Assembly: GCA_012862495.1 (NCBI GenBank)
Contig: BLSG01000423.1
Coordinates: 2,175-34,763 of the forward strand
DNA: 32,589 bases
From: Thraustochytrium aureum
Lineage: Eukaryota
Direction of reading: 5' to 3'
Position numbers and translations under genes: made by a program. Below, piece by piece: positions 22,152-32,589 of this stretch (position 1 is its first letter; each line of letters begins with the position of its first letter). Below the pieces are notes generated by a model. That model was not told the DNA's origin and did no database searches. It saw only the letters and a list, made by a program, of their open reading frames with translations.

Positions 22152-23603
22152 CTAGACTTGGACAATCACGGCCTTATCGGCGGTCGTCTCTGTCTCGCTG
22201 TCCGCGTCCGTCGAGTCAAAGCTACCGCTTGGCTGGTCCTTGGTTGGCTCCGGCACAGGGCCTCCGGTTCGCCCTCGCTGCTGTTCAATGTCGTGCGCAG
22301 CCCCTCCGTTGTGCTCCTCAATGCCGTTAGGCGGACCTCCATTGGCCTGGCCACCTGCACCACAAATCCTTCCTCGGCAAACGAACAGCGCAACGAGCAG
22401 GATGATCACAACGCCGGCAACAANNNNNNNNNNNNNNNNNNNNNNNNNNNNNNNNNNNNNNNNNNNNNNNNNNNNNNNNNNNNNNNNNNNNNNNNNNNNN
22501 NNNNNNNNNNNNNNNNNNNNNNNNNNNNNNNNNNNNNNNNNNNNNNNNNNNNNNNNNNNNNNNNNNNNNNNNNNNNNNNNNNNNGAAGTGGGCGAGTCCG
22601 TCGCGCCCCTCGTTGGCGCCTGTGTTGAGCCGGGTGGCCCGACCGAAGGCGCCGGCGTGGTGTTTGGGCGCCCAACCACTGGAGCCAACGTGATTCCGGG
22701 TGGCTCGAGCGACTTGAGCTGGACGTTGGAGCCGACCATGAAGCGGTCCTCGCCATCAAGCTCGGCCACCTTGTTGACGATCTCCTGCGGCTTGCTCGGC
22801 GCGTCAGGAGCGGCAGGCTCCAAACCCGTGATCTCCGCAGTGACAAGCACGCTCCCAGACTCGATGCTCTTGATCGCCACGTTCCCTTTGGGGACCTCAA
22901 ACACGGCGGCGAGCGCGATGCGCATCAAGTCGTAAAACTCGTCCTGGTCGTGCAACGTTGCGTTGAATACTGCGTCCACGAAGCGAACCTGAAGCAAACT
23001 CTTCGGGGCGTCGCTGCTAGTTGGCGTGGCGGTGATTCTGCTCGCTGTGGGCGGCCGCGAGATGCAGACGCCCTACGTTTGAAGGAATTCCAAAGGTTAG
23101 CCAAGCTGGTCAAGCGTGCAAACAATCGCGTCTAGCTCGTCGACATGCTCGGGATCGCGCCGGCTCCAACTTACCGCGTCAAAATTGCACTCCACCACGT
23201 TGCAGGCCTCCTGGCATTCCTTGTCAGCAAGGTCGATATAGCGGCAACCGGGTGCGCACTCAATCGCGGCTCCGGTACTCGAATAATCCTCAGAGTACGT
23301 GTCGGGCGAGGACGACGTGTACTCGTCCGAATTGTAATCGTCGCTTGACCCGGTGTAGGCAGACGCTGCATAAGAGGTATACCCGGAAGAGGTGTAGTAT
23401 CCCGACGTGTAGCTCGAGTTGGCTTCCCCGCTCGAGTACGCGCTGACGTCGCTCGACGTGTACACGCCATCATCACCCAAAGAACCAGACGACCCAGACG
23501 ACCCAGGCAGGGCGATCGACATCTCTGCCTGCCCTCTGGCGGCGAGGGCGCCGACCAGGACGAGTCCAGAGACAACCGCCTTGGCTGCCGCGCTGTGGGT
23601 CAT
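22152..23603 (-). CDS. Type I membrane protein: signal peptide - Ser/Tyr-rich linker - LNR repeat - SEA-like domain - Pro/Thr stalk - TM - short tail; exons 23603-23175 and 23072-22152
   Basis: Signal peptide MTHSAAAKAVVSGLVLVGALAARG. Splicing completes a six-Cys LNR, CAPGCRYIDLADKECQEACNVVECNFDA|GVC. Then a SEA-like unit with IKSIESGSVLVTAEI, a TPAPS/TQAPT stalk, an N-gap, TM VAGVVIILLVALFVC followed by RGR, and a C-terminus AVIVQV-stop. Confidence 0.82.
23073..23174 (-). other. Spliceosomal intron (102 nt, phase 0)
   Basis: GTAAGT donor, CTAAC branch point at 23100-23096, TAG acceptor. Removal restores the frame and the last LNR cysteine. Confidence 0.85.
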
Positions 23604-24503
23604 CTTTCAGCCTGTGCTCTACTTGCTCGCCACTGCGTGCTTGGACAACAACTCTACTCGCTGTGCTTTTCGCTCGCGCTGCTGCAGGACGGCTTGCTTC
23701 GGCCGACTGTGTTGCGTTTGGGTCCTGGTGTGCCGATTGATGCAACACTCGCGCGGTATTGGGGACCGGAGCCAATCGTGCAGCCACTCTTCCGACCCAA
23801 CTGCAGGGCAAACACTCGATTGCGCTTGCGCAGAGAGCCAGGCGCCAAAGAGGGGTTACAAAGATGGCCGGGGTACTTTCCGTTGGCCCCAATTCGCGTC
23901 TGCTCTCAGGCTCAGGCAGACCTTGGCGCGCGTGCGCCGGCTACCCGTCGTTGCGGCAGCCGAAGAAGAATATGCCGAAATGCTGCGCTGCAAGCAAGGG
24001 CCTTCAGAGGGATAGGGACGGGCGGCGAGGTGGATCGTGCGCAATGCTCCCAACGATAACGCTGCAAGCGACCGAAGCCCACGCGCGCCAGCAGGCCAGA
24101 CCGGGCCATCGCACGGCCCGGCGACCTGCAGACGCGCGGTCCTGTCCAAGCCCGCCATATCGAAACGCATGGCGGGAGGCGGCGCGGAAACGGCGCAGTC
24201 TAGGACAGCAAAGCCCTTTCCACTTTCCAACGGACACATCGAAAAATTGACCGTTAGAAAGTGTATGGAGCCAGCCTAAGCGAGTCGCGGCTGGGTCGAG
24301 CGACGTAGACCGCCCAAGTGAATGGATGCACTCTTCGCACGCGAGCAGCGCGCGTGGCGATGCCGCGACGAATGCAACGAGGACAAATAAGCAAGTTTGC
24401 GCTGAGCCTCCGCTTGGCAATCAGTTGAAACCGCGGGATGGTATCAATGGTATCTCTCATTTCTTTGAAAAAAAATGAAAACACTTCGCGGACTGGCGCA
24501 GGA

Positions 24504-25150
24504 TCAGAATTTGGAGCGGTGAAAGTGGACCTGCTTCCAGGCCCCGTCAACGCGCTTCCAGACGCGTGTCTCCTGTGCAGTGTTGGAGGAGTGCTCGCCT
24601 CCGGCCGTCATCACCTGAACCAAGCGCACATATGAGATGACAGCTGCATCGGGCCCGAGAACGCACACGTTCGGTTGCGTGATATGGTTTTGAACAGTCG
24701 AAGTCCTGCAGAGGCGAGCCTGTCGCGTTAGACCCTTGTTCTCTTCTTTGCATCGCGTACTGGCCTGCCGAATTGGGCGCAGCAGAGCCAACTTACGAGG
24801 GGTGCGTGGCGCTGGCGTCAAAGTAGTGCTTGTGAAAGCCAAGGCCCTTGACGAGGTTGCCGCAAGTCTCCGGCTCAAAGCAGGTCAACTCGACGTCCTG
24901 CAGGTTTGCGTCAGCCACCCCCTTCTCCAAAGCATAGCACGGTCGCAGGCCTGGTTGCTCGCGAGCGGTTGAGCCAAGCAGGTCCATTCCCAACCCATGC
25001 TCTCTGCCGCGACCGCCCACTGCGCACTCCCCCCCCCCCTTTCACCACCCACGCACTTACGTTGAGGGACACGTACTGCGCATAGTCGCCGGAAGCGGTG
25101 GAGTCCAGAACGCGCTGCGTCACCTCGATGATCTCTTGCTCGATGCCCAT
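24504..25150 (-). CDS. Stand-alone CaMKII association (hub) domain protein, 130 aa; exons 25150-25061, 24897-24797, 24705-24504
   Basis: Spliced product: MGIEQEIIEVTQRVLDSTASGDYAQYVSLNDVELTCFEPETCGNLVKGLGFHKHYFDASATHPSTSTVQNHITQPNVCVLGPDAAVISYVRLVQVMTAGGEHSSNTAQETRVWKRVDGAWKQVHFHRSKF. It follows the CaMKII hub end to end (QEII, T.FEPE..GNLV.G..FH..YF, ETRVW....G.W..VHFHRS). Exon lengths 90+101+202=393. Confidence 0.93.
24706..24796 (-). other. Intron 2 of hub gene (91 nt, phase 2)
   Basis: GTAAGT donor, CTAAC branch point, CTGCAG acceptor; joins in frame. Confidence 0.88.
24898..25060 (-). other. Intron 1 of hub gene (163 nt, phase 0)
   Basis: GTAAGT donor, GCTGAC branch-like motif, CAG acceptor; joins in frame. 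Confidence 0.88.
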
Positions 25151-26953
25151 CGTTCCTGTCGTGTGCCCCGTTCGCCCGTCACGCGACAACCAAGTTGCGT
25201 TGGGCGCTTTTGCTTTCGCAACGATGCGGCTTCACCTCCTTCGTCGCCGCGGTTCTGTCTCTGGAGGTATCGCGACTGTCCTGCGCCCGCAAAGCCCACA
25301 AGCTCGCACCAGCCACGCGGCCTCTCGACTCTCGAGCGGTGTCGTGTCTGTCGTTCAGAACAAGAACACGTTCGTCCGCTCGGCCGCTCGTTCACCGGAC
25401 TCGGCCCAGTTCTTCACTCGTCAGAGAACACCGTTCTGGACCTCGATCAACTTGAAGTGTGTGAGCTGCGCCCGTGCCAGCGAGAGTGGCGATCGACCGG
25501 TCGCCGATGGCTCAACAGACCCAAGAGAGCTGGGAGCCTGCGCCGAATCAAAGGTCCTGAGTGAGCACGCCACTCGACAGTTCTCTACAGTGCAAGGGAC
25601 AGCGCCCTACTTCCTGAATGACGCAGAATTCGACGGCGGATGACGTCCGTGGCAAACGACACGTTGATGATCGATCTACTCCATGCGGTTAGGGCGTTTC
25701 GGTGTTGCTATGCTACGCAAATACACTTTCAAGAGGCGCGACCTCGAAATTATGAACGAAGCGGCGCTGCCGAACCTTGTGGTGACCAGTTGCGGATCAA
25801 AGCAGTTGGCCGGGCCACAATTCCTCAAAGCACGCGAAGGCACATCGCGCGAAGGCACAACACGCTCCACTCCAGTGGCTGGTGTTTCAACAACACCACG
25901 CCACAAAGGCCTGAAACTAGGCCTATGCTGCGAGGCCGAAAAGTTGGAAAGAAGCGCACAGACAAAGCGACGAGAAAGCATAGCCTCCAAAGTTGAACAG
26001 TGTGGCATTGGATGAGCTTGCCAATGCGCAACCCGTGCAGCGCGTCGGCAGAGACGACGAGGTTGTCCCATGAACGTGCCATTTGTAGTTTCAAAAATAA
26101 AATTCGAGCAGGAGAATTGCGGCAGACGTTTCTCTGCCCCTTGAGCGGTTGGGGGTGCCGAGCGAGGCCGAGATAACCCGCACACTAGCATTTCTGCACC
26201 ACCCCCGAACGATCATGCAAACGACGTCGCCAAAACAAACCACGTTTGCGCTGGCCACCACCCCATGAGCAGCCTTGTGAAGAAGACAGCCGCTCACGCA
26301 TGACGCAGAGGCGTTGGTAAGAAGTCCGAGCACAGAGCGGTTTCTCAGGGACCGGTGAAGATGCCTCGTTAGTGGCAGAATCCTCGGGGATACGGAGTGC
26401 AAGCGCGCTCTTGCTTTCGAGCCACTCGAAGCCCGTTTCAAACGAAACGTTGCCACCGACTCGAACGCTCGTCAAGCATTTTGAACTATTTCTGAAACGC
26501 ACGAGGCGAGAACCCTTCCTCCTGGAAGGCGCTGATCTCGACGCTGCCAACTGCACTTCCTGCGGTGCATCGAATGTTTTGAATCGCTTCGGCGGCCACC
26601 GTTTCGCAGCGCGTTTCACGGCGCTCTCAGCAGCGCTCTCAGCGTGTCTGTGCGAGTCAGGCATGCAGAGCCGTTACAGAATCAAGTTAAACTGCGTCCA
26701 GGACGCAGTAGACGGGCGAGCGGAACGAATGGGGGGAGGTTGCGCCTCGCCCGAGCTTTGCGTGCGCCGCCAGGTTCTGCCTCCCGCCTCCCGGCAGAGC
26801 AGCCAAACGCTGGGACGAGCCAACTACCTAGAGGCGCCCCTGAGGATTCCTTTCCTCTGCCCGAGAGAAACGAACTCGTGCTGCGACCCGTTGCCAGCGT
26901 AATGGCTTCCTTCGGAACGGGCGGCAAGCTGCTGCCATGCGCTGATTCGAAGC

Positions 26954-27132
26954 GCGAGAGCTCGACCGCAACTGACCCGTGTCGATGGCGCGAGAGCTCG
27001 ACCAAACTGACCAGTGTCGATGGTGCGAGAGCTCGACCGCAACTGATCAGTGTCAATGGTGCGAGAGCTCGACCGCAACTGACCCGTGTCGACGGCGCGA
27101 GAGCTCGACCGCAACTGACCAGTGTCGATGGC
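26954..27132. repeat. 36-bp minisatellite, 5 copies
   Basis: Unit gcgagagctcgaccgcaactgacc(c/a)gtgtcgatgg(c/t) starts at 26954, 26990 (35 nt), 27025, 27061 and 27097; head-to-tail with no spacers. Confidence 0.95.
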
Positions 27133-27718
27133 GCGCTCGCATGCAGCAGCCAAGTGGCAGGCAGGCCTCCGACCCACCGCGACTCGACGTCGGCCCACCG
27201 GACACTTGCTCTAGCTAGTAGAGAGGGTGCACGCGAGAGAGAGGCCCTGTTCGTGAGGGCCAGGGGCGCCCNNNNNNNNNNNNNNNNNNNNNNNNNNNNN
27301 NNNNNNNNNNNNNNNNNNNNNNNNNNNNNNNNNNNNNNNNNNNNNNNNNNNNNNNNNNNNNNNNNNNNNNNNNNNNNNNNNNNNNNNNNNNNNNNNNNNN
27401 NNNNCAGGGGCGCCCTCCCAGGGCCGCCCTCCTCTACCTCCTGCCTACACCCCCTTGACCCCCGCGAGCGAGCTGCGAGGCCATGAGGAGGCGCTGCGGA
27501 GGGGTTGGCTTGCGAAGGAAGGGCTGGCCAGGTCGACGAGCGTGGTGGGATGAAGGAGGCAGCCGCTAGCTAGGTGCCGCCACCGCCGAGGGCAAGCAAA
27601 CCCTGAACGAGCAACCGTGCTGCCACGCCCAGCTCAGTCCTGGACCGAGCGACGACCTTCGCCCGCGGTCTCCAAGGGGAGCGTTTGCAGTGGCACGTGC
27701 GCGAGGCGCGGCCGCACG

Positions 27719-28778
27719 ATGAACCCCAGCCACGCCGCGCTCCTAGCAGCGTTGCAGCGCGCTCAATCGCAGAGCGCGCAGCAAGGTTTGGCGCGCGGGT
27801 TTGATCCTGAGCAGCACCTGCAGCAGCAACAGGAGCAGCAGGAGGAGGAGCAGCAGCAGCAGCAGTTCTCGCGCGCGATCAATTACGGCAGCCAGGCGGC
27901 GCAACTCTTCCAGCAATACCAGCCGACCTTCTTCCTTCCGCAATGCAACGACAGCCCCAAGCTTCAAGTTCCACCACAAGGGTTCACCGCGCTTACGCCC
28001 GGCTACTTTGCAACTTCCAAGCAGCTCCCTGATCCCGCGCAAGACGTGTCAGGTGGTCTGGGTTTCAGGTCACCACGGGCAAGGTGCCGCCGGCCCACAG
28101 CTGTTCAGCTTGCACTGTGCGGGCAGCCCCTTCGGCGCCCTCCCATCGATCAACGCGGCTCTCCTAGAGTCCTTGCTTCGCCGCTCGTCCGACGACGTGG
28201 CCGCCGAAGCAGGCGAACAGAACGCGAACCTCAGCCCGCAGCGGCGCAAGCGCAGCATGGACTCCTCGGCGTCAGTTGGGTCGATGGCCTCCGTGAGCAC
28301 CGAGAGCGTCTGCAGCGACGGCGCAAACCAGTCCAGCGGAGATGACCAGCCGCATTCCAAGCGAGCGCGCCGTGCCGGCAAGCTGTGCTCGGTCGCGGGC
28401 TGCACGACCCGGGACAAGGGCGGTGGCCGCTGCGCCAAGCACGGCGGTGGGCGTCCTTGCAAGTTCAATGGGTGCGACAAGATCGTGGCAGGAGTCCGAT
28501 ACTGCTCGCAGCACGGCGGCACGCGCAAGAAGCTCTGCTCGTTTGCCAAGTGCACCAAGGGCGACCAGGGCGGCGGATTTTGCGCCTCACACGGCGGCGG
28601 GCGCCGCTGCAAGATGGGCGGGTGCTCGCGCCGCGACATTGGCCGAGGCCTTTGCTGGAGCCACGGAGGTGGAAGGCGCTGCGCCTTTGCTGGCTGCCTG
28701 CGGTGTCCGTCGCAGGAAGGCTACTGCAAGGTTCACCTTGCGCCATCCAGCGCGCAGACCGCGTTGACGCTGCAGTAG
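27719..28778 (+). CDS. WRKY19-like zinc-finger repeat protein (five C-x4-C-x9-C-x2-H-GG repeats) with N-terminal poly-Q; frame change near 28050-28070
   Basis: ATG 27719 and a poly-Q/E tract at ~27821-27865. In the second frame: CSVAGC...CAKHGGG, CKFNGC...CSQHGG, CSFAKC...CASHGGG, CKMGGC...CWSHGGG, CAFAGC...CKVH; stop TAG 28776-28778. No true WRKY DNA-binding domain is present. Confidence 0.85.
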
Positions 28779-29447
28779 CTCCGTGACTTTCTGCCCTGTT
28801 CGTTCCTCTTCCATGCCCGATCCTGTTTCTGACCAGCTGCGCCTGTACACATAACAAACAAACATCGACCTTGACTCTTCAGAGCTTTTCTGCAATTTGT
28901 TGCCGCCAGCGCGTCCAAGGCAAGGACGAGGCCGCTCGATCTCAAATTGATGATCCTGCGCCTGACGGAGCTCGGGTCGGTTAAACGCCAGTGTACCCCG
29001 CTTTTTTTTGCTGAGCCAAACACCGGGTCGAAGACTGCATTCGTGTTTCCTTCGCTATTGTAGGATCCAGCGCATCGAATCTTGCAGGTGTGGGGTGGGG
29101 TGCTTCCAGAATCTGCAAGGATGACCACCGCCATCGTCGGGACGAAAAAATTCACCGCCCAACGCGCATCATCCTTACCTCGCTCGAGCCGACCCCCTTG
29201 CTTCTTTCTCCGCGTCACTCCGAGCCAACAACACCTCCTTGGAGATCGAGTTGCGGAAGATGAGCGTTCCATTTCCATCGCGACCAACAGCGTTGATTGA
29301 CTCATGATTGGTCGATTGAGCGCGTGTGCCTGCGCCTGCCTGTGCCGGGCCCAATCCGAGATCTGCAGGCTGCCTACCTGCTTTTGCCTGCTTGCTGAGG
29401 ACTCCTGGCCACGGTCGACACGGACGCGGAGGTGGGTGAATGGGCAG

Positions 29448-29524
29448 CCTGCAGATTGGCAGGCAGGCAGCCTGCAGATTTGCAGATTGGCAGATTGGCA
29501 GATTGGCAGGCAGGCAGGCAGCAG
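29448..29524. repeat. Compound microsatellite (GCAGATTG)n/(GCAG)n
   Basis: gcagattg repeated about five times, interleaved with gcag runs. Confidence 0.8.
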
Positions 29525-30813
29525 AGCAGCTTTCGACTCCGAGGCGAGGGTGCTGTCAGACCGTTTGGTTGCCCTTCTGACGTCATTGAGTTGTTGCCAA
29601 GCCGAAGGGCCGCCGCAGGGCCGCCGCAGGAGAATCTCCCGGACGGCCGCATGGCGATGCAGGTCAAACCAAAGCCCACTACGCCAACAAAACAAACTCT
29701 GCCCTACCTTACCCAAGGAGGGTGGATACTCCATTGTGCCACTGGCGGCTGCAACCTCCTTGTTGCAAGTGCGACACGGCAGGCGCGGCTCGTCACCTCT
29801 CCCCAAAGACCAACCAACACAAATAATAGTCATTCGACGCGTGGTTGGAGGACGGGGTGGCTCAGCAGCCACCCTGTAGATTCGATGCCACGCGGCCAGA
29901 GGTGGCGCCAAAGAGGGTGGCATCATGGATGGTTGCTCGGCTGCAATTTCGCGCATTCAATGCATTTCAATCGCAAAGACTCGCGCCCTGCTCTGTGGGG
30001 TGTTCGAGCCGGAGTTCCGACGCTACCCGGAAGGCGCTGGGCGTTACCTTGCAGAGATTCGACTCCCGTGCAGGCTGAATCAGCCGACAAACTCGGGAAG
30101 GGAACGATGTCGCCTGCTTGGAGACGTGCTGAGCACGGCTGGTTTGTGTCTACTACTGAACGGCTGTGCGGTCAATGCGCTGGCTGCCGCGGCCCCGAAC
30201 GATCCGCGAAATGACCAAACGGAGAGAAATGATGCTGCTACAGGGCTTCGGCGATGATTCAGAACTCGCAATGATGCAGAGCGACACGGTGGCACCGAGG
30301 AGGATCCTCCTCGGCGGCACAGAGAACAGAAGAGTTGCAGGAGGAAAAGAATACTCCGTAAGTAAGCACTACCTATTCGTCCAGTGTGCGAGGGCCGCCT
30401 GCTTCGATTCCTTTCCTGAGGCGCTCGAATCTTCAAGTTTACAGGGTGAGGAGCTCAGGATTCGGTCGGAAGCCACCCTACGAACGCCAGAGCCAATGAT
30501 TGCTCGCCTGCGCGTCTTCAAACGCGCTTTTGTCGGTAGAATAAGCGGCAGGAGACTACTGCGATTATACCCCGAAAAAAGCTTGCAAGTTGCTTTGTGG
30601 GAAAGAGGACGAACCGCAAACCTGCACGGAAAACAAGATTACTTTTTTTTCTTCTTCTCCACACAAAAGAAAGACTTTTTGACGATTTTTTTCAATTTTT
30701 CAACTCCGAGAATCGGTGATGGCGAGAAAAGGTGCGCCATGTGCTCAACGGGCACGGCGTTTCCTTTTCGATGTGATTTTTTGGCGTTGTCGATTGAACG
30801 GGGAGTCGTCGGG

Positions 30814-32589
30814 TTAGACGACACGCACGCATCGGGGCTGCGGCTCCGCATCGACGATGCTGCAACGGACATCCAGGGGTTCTTCTGCGCGAACTCGGCA
30901 CCAGACACCGCGCACAGTTCTATTGCTGATGAAGAACCCGGCGGTGCGCACAAGGTCCCGCGCTGCGTCCAAGTCTGACTTGCAGGCCGCACCAACCTGA
31001 GATTGCCAAGCTTGGCATTCGGCGAGTCGTGCCCGAAGCCGCGCGCGCCGATCACACAGCACCCTTGCCCTCCAGAGAGACAAGGCCGACGCAAGCCATG
31101 CACGCCTCACCCACGCCGCCAAGCGCACGCTCGCGGAGCGGCGCGCCAAACCCGCAGCTTTAGCGAACGCGGCCCACCGCGACAGCGCTTGCGCAGCTCG
31201 ACGTCGGCGCACGGCTTCCCCGAGGTTCTCAAGGCCATCCCTTTGCCACTCTGCTTGCGTCGCAGCTGACCACTGACGAAATCCACGCTCCATCCGCGCG
31301 CGCCTCGTCGAGCGCGAAAACCACTCTGCGAGTGTGTTGAGCGCAAATCCGTGCTCCATCGCACGCGACAACACGAAGCGCTTCCAGGCCTCCATACCTC
31401 GCCGCAAGCCGACGCGCCGCTGGGCGCCCTCCGCAAGCAAAGCCAAGTAGTCCACTTTGGAGCCAAGGCAAAACCGGCGCCACTGGTCCAACGCGCGGCG
31501 CTTCCAAAACGTCTCATCGCGGCCCATGTACTCGCGCAACACTGTCGTGATCACATGAATTCCAAAGGTGTGTTCGGCCTCGCGAGCCATCACGAACAGC
31601 TTCCAGCGATCCAGCCCGCGCCGGGCAAGGAGGCGTCGCTCGATCGCGCAAACCAAGTCAACCAACCCGGTCGCGCGCACTCGGCCGCGCCACCAAGCGA
31701 AAGCGCGCGCAAGCGAAGATCGCTCTGCCAACGCGAAGTGGCGCCCCAGCACCCCGCCAATGCGCTGCGCCCTGTACGACCGTTCGACCTCCCTTTCCAC
31801 GACAAAGCCGCGCCATCGCTGCAGCGCCTCACGGCCCCGCACGCGCGCGACAGCACTATCCACTGCACGGCCTAGGAGGCCAATGTCAAAGCCCGTCTTG
31901 CAGAACAGCTTCCACCGCGCAAACGCGCCCTGCACAGCAGACCGAGCCAAACCACGGTGGTAGCTTTCAAACACACGAACCAGCGTGGAAACGGCCGCCC
32001 CGTCTCGGAGAAGGCCAACCACAACGAAAGTCTTCCAGGCGCCCATGCCGCGTCGCAGCAGCACTCGCCGCTCCGCTGCACTCGCCAGCTTGTCCAACAT
32101 CGTCACGTTGCACCACAGGGCGTTTCGGCGCAGCTGTACGAAGGCGAAGCGGCATGCGTTGGCGCAGCGCGCTCGGTACCAAAGCAAAGCGCCCTTTTCA
32201 AACACGACCAGCACTCGCCAGTCGTGCAACGCCCTGCCTAGAGCGAGGCGGCGCTCAATTTCGCCAAGCCGAACACTGCTGTGCGCTGACGCCACCGCCG
32301 CCAGAGCTCGGCGAGAGCACCTCGTCGCTGCAGGACCGAAACGACGCGCGAAAGGGCTTTGATCTGGCTGCTTGCAGCCGCCGCGTGCTGCCGCAGCGTG
32401 GACCAGGCAGACGCCAGAGCTCTGCGGTCTGCAGCGCCTTGGGCGAGGCGCAAATAACGCCCCAAAACGCTTTCTACGTGCGAGCGGCGCTCAGTGCGCT
32501 TCCGCCACAGCCGCAGCGCTCGCGTGGCCTTTCGAGCCAAGAGCCGCCGAAAACCGATTTCAACGGCGCGAGCAAGGGAGCTGCGCTTG
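30814..32589 (-). CDS. Sfi1-like centrin-binding repeat protein, partial (5' end beyond window); frame slip at ~32259-32261
   Basis: Periodic Arg/Ala-rich helical repeats ending in Trp-Lys/Arg: ALRLWR, LWRRWR, ALHDWR, GMGAWK, AFARWK, ALQRWR, AFAWWR, GLDRWK, ALDQWR, GMEAWK, ALSLWR. Adding one base joins LAK to IERRLALG. Exact 3' end uncertain. Confidence 0.7.

Noticed and set aside
22152..22170. C-terminal IVQV as a PDZ-binding motif
   Set aside because: A four-residue match is too weak to stand alone.
26954..27132. CRISPR-like 36-bp repeats
   Set aside because: No unique spacers, no cas genes, and a eukaryotic context.
27256..27415. caggggcgccc on both sides of gap 27272-27404
   Set aside because: Probably an assembly overlap or collapsed repeat; cannot be interpreted.
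28733..30978. ORFs 28733-29956 (-) and 30166-30978 (+)
   Set aside because: They run through microsatellite and poly-T tracts and lack motifs; likely chance ORFs in UTR or intergenic DNA.
2404..32261. About ten frameshifts across five genes, suggesting programmed frameshifting, editing or mass pseudogenisation
   Set aside because: Nearly all are fixed by plus or minus one base in a short homopolymer (2404-2408, 9209, 10055, 10099, 10761, 15768, 17162, 20408-20414, 32259-32261). Catalytic residues are intact and no in-frame stops accumulate, which is the pattern of sequencing error.
18649..32589. Apparent calcium/lipid-signalling cluster (lipase, LNR protein, CaMKII hub, Sfi1-like)
   Set aside because: Mixed orientations, no shared regulatory motif seen, and eukaryotic neighbours are usually unrelated; conserved synteny would be needed to support it.

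Overview
GC-rich, intron-poor eukaryotic genomic scaffold. It is probably a protist; a stramenopile such as a thraustochytrid/labyrinthulomycete fits the gene content, but that is inference. There are seven N-gaps (1646-1665, 5288-5707, 7246-7856, 10807-11763, 16138-16292, 22424-22584, 27272-27404). Many single-base frameshifts sit in short homopolymers and look like sequencing errors that split real genes in the ORF track. After repairing these I read the following, left to right. (1) A Crinkler-type (CR-NTPase-like) P-loop NTPase on the minus strand that runs off the left edge and is missing from the ORF track. (2) A multi-pass membrane/coiled-coil protein. (3) A coding fragment next to a gap. 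(4) One ~11 kb gene for a giant PME-5/tankyrase-like PARP: many ankyrin repeats, an internal SAM domain, Tudor/BAH-like beta-barrels, WGR, PARP regulatory domain and an H-Y-E catalytic domain with a ~160-aa insertion. (5) A class-3 (DAG-lipase-like) lipase. (6) A spliced type I membrane protein with an LNR (Notch) repeat followed by a SEA-like domain carrying a GSVLV motif. (7) A three-exon stand-alone CaMKII hub-domain gene with no kinase. (8) A 36-bp minisatellite. (9) A WRKY19-like C3H/GGG zinc-finger repeat protein. (10) An Sfi1-like centrin-binding repeat protein running off the right edge. No rRNA, tRNA, CRISPR array or intact transposon was seen. The best candidates for new biology are the Notch-NRR-like LNR+SEA receptor, the hybrid ANK-SAM-WGR PARP and the kinase-less CaMKII hub.
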